From IMG/VR virus record IMGVR_UViG_3300030104_006563, positions 1 through 50,321 of that record: a DNA stretch of 50,321 bases; one strand, written 5' to 3'. This stretch comes from a virus. Its lineage: Duplodnaviria; Caudoviricetes. The position numbers and the translations under genes were made by a program. The notes beneath the pieces were generated by a model. It had not been told where the DNA came from, searched no databases, and saw nothing but the letters and a program-made list of their open reading frames with translations. Shown one piece after another: positions 48,301 through 50,321 of the stretch. Each line of letters opens with the position of its first letter. The stretch's first letter is position 1.

Positions 48301-48878
48301 GAAGAGAGAATTTGAAAAAGATATCATTAAAGTATGTAGCTGTAGGCAATTTTAAAATTGATGTGTATTCTCGTAATGCACAGAATGAATTATTTGCAAC
48401 TGTGGATGATGTAGGTATTTTTACAGGTGCTAATAGCTATTTCACAACAACCAATGCAACTACAGGCAGGGTCTTTGAAAGGCTTTCTAAAATGAAATAC
48501 CTGTCTATACAGGGCACGACATATAATGATACTGTTTTTAGTGAAATTAGTACACCTGATGCTGAAATAACAGGTTTTCAGATAGTTCAAACTCAAGATG
48601 CAAATCTGGGTACAATAGATAATTACACTTTAATCTTTAAGTATGAAGCTTTTACAGGTAATAATGAAGCTAATGTAAATGGTGTGAACTTAGTTGGAAG
48701 GATTACAAGCGAAAAGACACCTATTAAATCCTTTGATCTTCCTGTATCCCCAATCCATCCATCTTCTGTTTCGTTAAGACTAGGAGCTAGGGGAGAGGCT
48801 TTTATGATAGAAGTATCTCAGGATACCACCTCAAAAGGAAAATTGGAAATACACAATATGGAGCTTGAAATTGAGTAG
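45342..48878 (+). CDS. Tail nozzle/stabilization protein (main part) with inserted beta domains
   Basis: VWFSELGQPD..GG..TAL..L.VF.E.GI..LGT.SADSI..KTGW..KISLKY pattern of beta-propeller nozzle proteins. Confidence 0.7.
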   Translation: MQINLLKKSGDANFSVDRIIAQNIDNQGSGGTYDWSVPTDLESHDPLGAQYTYQIQIVDSDWEGNTVTGESNFLLIDIDGDGVETQPSLNTENVRIHNYGDQLRFSNGLEEKPKIMQYIDRDLFWGESTEFSHAYTTQTNGTATTTTVTNDADGTYKVYHVDDYSSYLNYVCSGQVVTGIKLVEYYDTATSTWKDISTDSNLHWTHITENLGGVYGDELGFRSNDTSHHTTVKVWKDDLGLNGLQFRITYFRSDTYGYKGLHYDTSYPRLEDTDFNFSISEDTTGDDLGMNLGSSSTHTSYYYKMSPVFDGNQEGAITKNFHADTSLFTSNAHSVNLDIQFNGSVNPRLTSFKLYRAKVNPKGIYEQIANISTGGRLDDGTIEFSTDFVQLTNKLYTPQPVLESVNATSGLTPAVGDYIVFSASAYKGWGYDDTETEITTITDANRIELTHSSTIWAMVRDIVRFDNNKGVDFPFNFNESSGWVTQDATGFTEDMNNDGGTLRAKWTTADNEFGAITFKTNSPNITVTAGKSYYIDIQEMHYYLDTVGTGANWMKAYVKDGSNTTQIGDTLTGVGSDGLSAEEDRQMTYTPVTGTITIELWVHSAGGISGGGEVNAKADNVRVGQIGTVVVPDIDWFGGDRAIYFPTNTFGNQDSQVNKQLLISENGEIDTATVSQNVDANIRSVLRVPTAISSNATHLYLVGDYYWEKTSLGSTLKFQDKFITPTTEHPFGDVPLTLNYSDSFYMNGRNFVTKGKMINNAVEEDHKNWVWFSELGQPDVIPITNYIQIKDRQGGDTTALIGLLGNLAVFSERGIFNLNIPSADPTAWTMDEAEPNLGTKSADSIVEYKGGAFFCTNSGIYYLSPNFEVTELSKAISDEYKSIYSEGNAHSTIDVLKNRLCVLPSKGDSIEYILDLNTLNSPKWHTRGSSSANVLTKDEDNKIYSIRQNGSSSIIYDMESESYGFTQLGEQEAVFKTGWISTSELGRRENLKKISLKYVAVGNFKIDVYSRNAQNELFATVDDVGIFTGANSYFTTTNATTGRVFERLSKMKYLSIQGTTYNDTVFSEISTPDAEITGFQIVQTQDANLGTIDNYTLIFKYEAFTGNNEANVNGVNLVGRITSEKTPIKSFDLPVSPIHPSSVSLRLGARGEAFMIEVSQDTTSKGKLEIHNMELEIE

Positions 48879-49026
48879 CACATATTCAAAAAGTAAGGAT
48901 AGATCAGAAACTATTGCTTATAGGAAGATAGGCAATGAAATAGCAAGGTTAAATGCAAGTATTCAAAAATTATCGGCAGAGCTTGAAGCTGTTAGGGTCA
49001 GGCTTACTGCATTGGAAACATCATAG
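48871..49026 (+). CDS. 51-aa coiled-coil protein (not in ORF track)
   Basis: GGAG Shine-Dalgarno with TTG start; IARLNASIQKLSAELEAVRVRLTALE. Confidence 0.6.
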   Translation: MSSTYSKSKDRSETIAYRKIGNEIARLNASIQKLSAELEAVRVRLTALETS

Positions 49027-49035
49027 GGAGAAGTT

Positions 49036-49611
49036 ATGAATTGGAATGACATGGTAGATAGAGTTTTATATGTAAGTCCAAATGAGGATGCAACTGCTGT
49101 ACAGCAATTGTTATATGAAGCAGAGATGGAGATGTGTGATAGAGGTCTTGCATTAAAGGAAATAGATACAACTTTGACCTTTACTGATGGCGAGATGTCT
49201 ATACCAAATACATTTGTTAAAATGATATCTTTAAAAGTTTCACAACGAAAGTTAGATCCGATTTTAATTAAGGACATTTATTACGATGAGAACAATGAAT
49301 TAGTTTCTGGAGAGCCTACAGGCTATGTGGTTACATCTTCAAAGATTATTTTAAATAAAAAGAAATCTTCTGGAGCTCACATGACATTCTATGCTAGACC
49401 GTCAACATTAGATCAGCTGTCAAGCACTAAGCCTTCGATCCCAGCGAAATTCCATCTGCAATTGATAGACTATGTGCTTTCAATTCTTCCAAGCAATATA
49501 CAAGATAGATATTATGCTAAATGGGAAAAGGCACTTTATGATGCAAGTTTTGAAAATAGTGAAAAGGTTGGAAAACAAAGAAAACCAAACGGAAACGATA
49601 TTGAGATTTAA
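49036..49611 (+). CDS. Second adaptor/ring-like tail protein
   Basis: GEPTGY..FYARP..PSIPAKFHLQLIDYV, similar in pattern to the protein at 42175. Confidence 0.6.
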   Translation: MNWNDMVDRVLYVSPNEDATAVQQLLYEAEMEMCDRGLALKEIDTTLTFTDGEMSIPNTFVKMISLKVSQRKLDPILIKDIYYDENNELVSGEPTGYVVTSSKIILNKKKSSGAHMTFYARPSTLDQLSSTKPSIPAKFHLQLIDYVLSILPSNIQDRYYAKWEKALYDASFENSEKVGKQRKPNGNDIEI

Positions 49612-49622
49612 GGAGTAGTATT

Positions 49623-50258
49623 ATGGCAATACCAATTATGGCAATTATGGCTGGTGCAAATCTTTTAAAAGGAGCATATGATCTGTATCAAGCAAAGAAA
49701 AACCCAATTCAAGCACAGCAATATAAGATGTCTCCAGATGAGATAGCTTATAATAATGAAATTAGAAAAAGAGCTGAACAGGGTCAATATAATGTAAATG
49801 AAAAGGTTGCTATAGATACTCGAAATATATCTGCTCAAGCTGATAACACTAGAACTGTAAACAGGGGTAATATCATAGGTCAAGGCTTGGAAAACTCTAT
49901 GATAGCAAATCTTGTAAACAAGGATGTGGATAAAAATGTTTTAAGGGAGGTTAGAAACTCTACTGAGTATTGGGAGCAGAAAAATGAGGACTCTAAGACA
50001 CAAGCTTTTGAAAAGTTGGCTGGTATAGGTCAAAGAAAATCTCAGATGGATTTCCAAAATGAACAACTTAGAATGAATGCCGATCTTCAAAACAAGCAAT
50101 TGGTTGGTGATGCTATAGGTGGGATTATAAGAGGTGGTGTTGGAATATATCAAGGTTTCGACACATCTCAATTAGAAAACATAAATATGCTCTTAAAGTC
50201 TGGTAGAGATGAGGATGTTGCTGAGGCTGTAGCATTAATACAAAAAAGGAATGGATAA
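49623..50258 (+). CDS. Putative ejection/pilot protein
   Basis: Hydrophobic Gly/Ala N-terminus, Q/N-rich helix, Gly-rich hydrophobic C-terminal segment. Confidence 0.6.
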   Translation: MAIPIMAIMAGANLLKGAYDLYQAKKNPIQAQQYKMSPDEIAYNNEIRKRAEQGQYNVNEKVAIDTRNISAQADNTRTVNRGNIIGQGLENSMIANLVNKDVDKNVLREVRNSTEYWEQKNEDSKTQAFEKLAGIGQRKSQMDFQNEQLRMNADLQNKQLVGDAIGGIIRGGVGIYQGFDTSQLENINMLLKSGRDEDVAEAVALIQKRNG

Positions 50259-50321
50259 TGGCTGATATATTTGATGATATAAATGAAAAAGGGCTTAATA
50301 AGAGAGATAGTCTTATAAAAG
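50222..50321. repeat. Terminal direct repeat, copy 2
   Basis: Matches 1-100 with one mismatch. Confidence 0.97.

Larger units (their letters stand above)
1..50321. mobile_element. Complete temperate podovirus-like bacteriophage genome (circular, ~50,221 bp)
   Basis: Terminal overlap, terminase/portal/capsid genes, intact attP plus integrase and repressor, no host housekeeping context. Confidence 0.95.

Noticed and set aside
43120-48878. Diversity-generating retroelement or invertible tail cassette
   Set aside because: No reverse transcriptase or invertase gene, no adenine-specific TR/VR pair and no inverted gene segments were seen.

Overview
This window is a complete, circularly permuted genome of an AT-rich temperate tailed phage, about 50,221 bp long. 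Bases 1-100 recur at 50222-50321 with one synonymous mismatch. The gene layout is podovirus-like, with no tape-measure gene. Modules in order: (i) ejection proteins, including a 5,724-aa polyvalent protein that takes up about 34% of the genome; (ii) a lysis and accessory cluster; (iii) attP (the 3' part of an initiator tRNA-Met) with arm repeats, a tyrosine integrase and a repressor; (iv) an early operon with Xis, peptide deformylase, YqaJ exonuclease, replication initiator, VRR-NUC and a SpoVG-like protein; (v) an insulated, apparently self-regulated operon ending in an HTH gene; (vi) terminase, portal, scaffold, capsid and tail. Most notable observations: nearly every enzymatic module of the giant protein is delimited by a recurring Q-[FY]-Q-type motif and the protein carries its own zincin protease; the immunity repressor has a PAS-like sensor domain instead of an S24 autoprotease; the integrase appears to start at ATC; a three-copy motif precedes late gene blocks; the tail nozzle gene appears split; and restriction-site avoidance is strong enough that I found no Ala-Ala or Gly-Pro in the proteome. 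All family calls come from motif recognition by eye, with no database searches.
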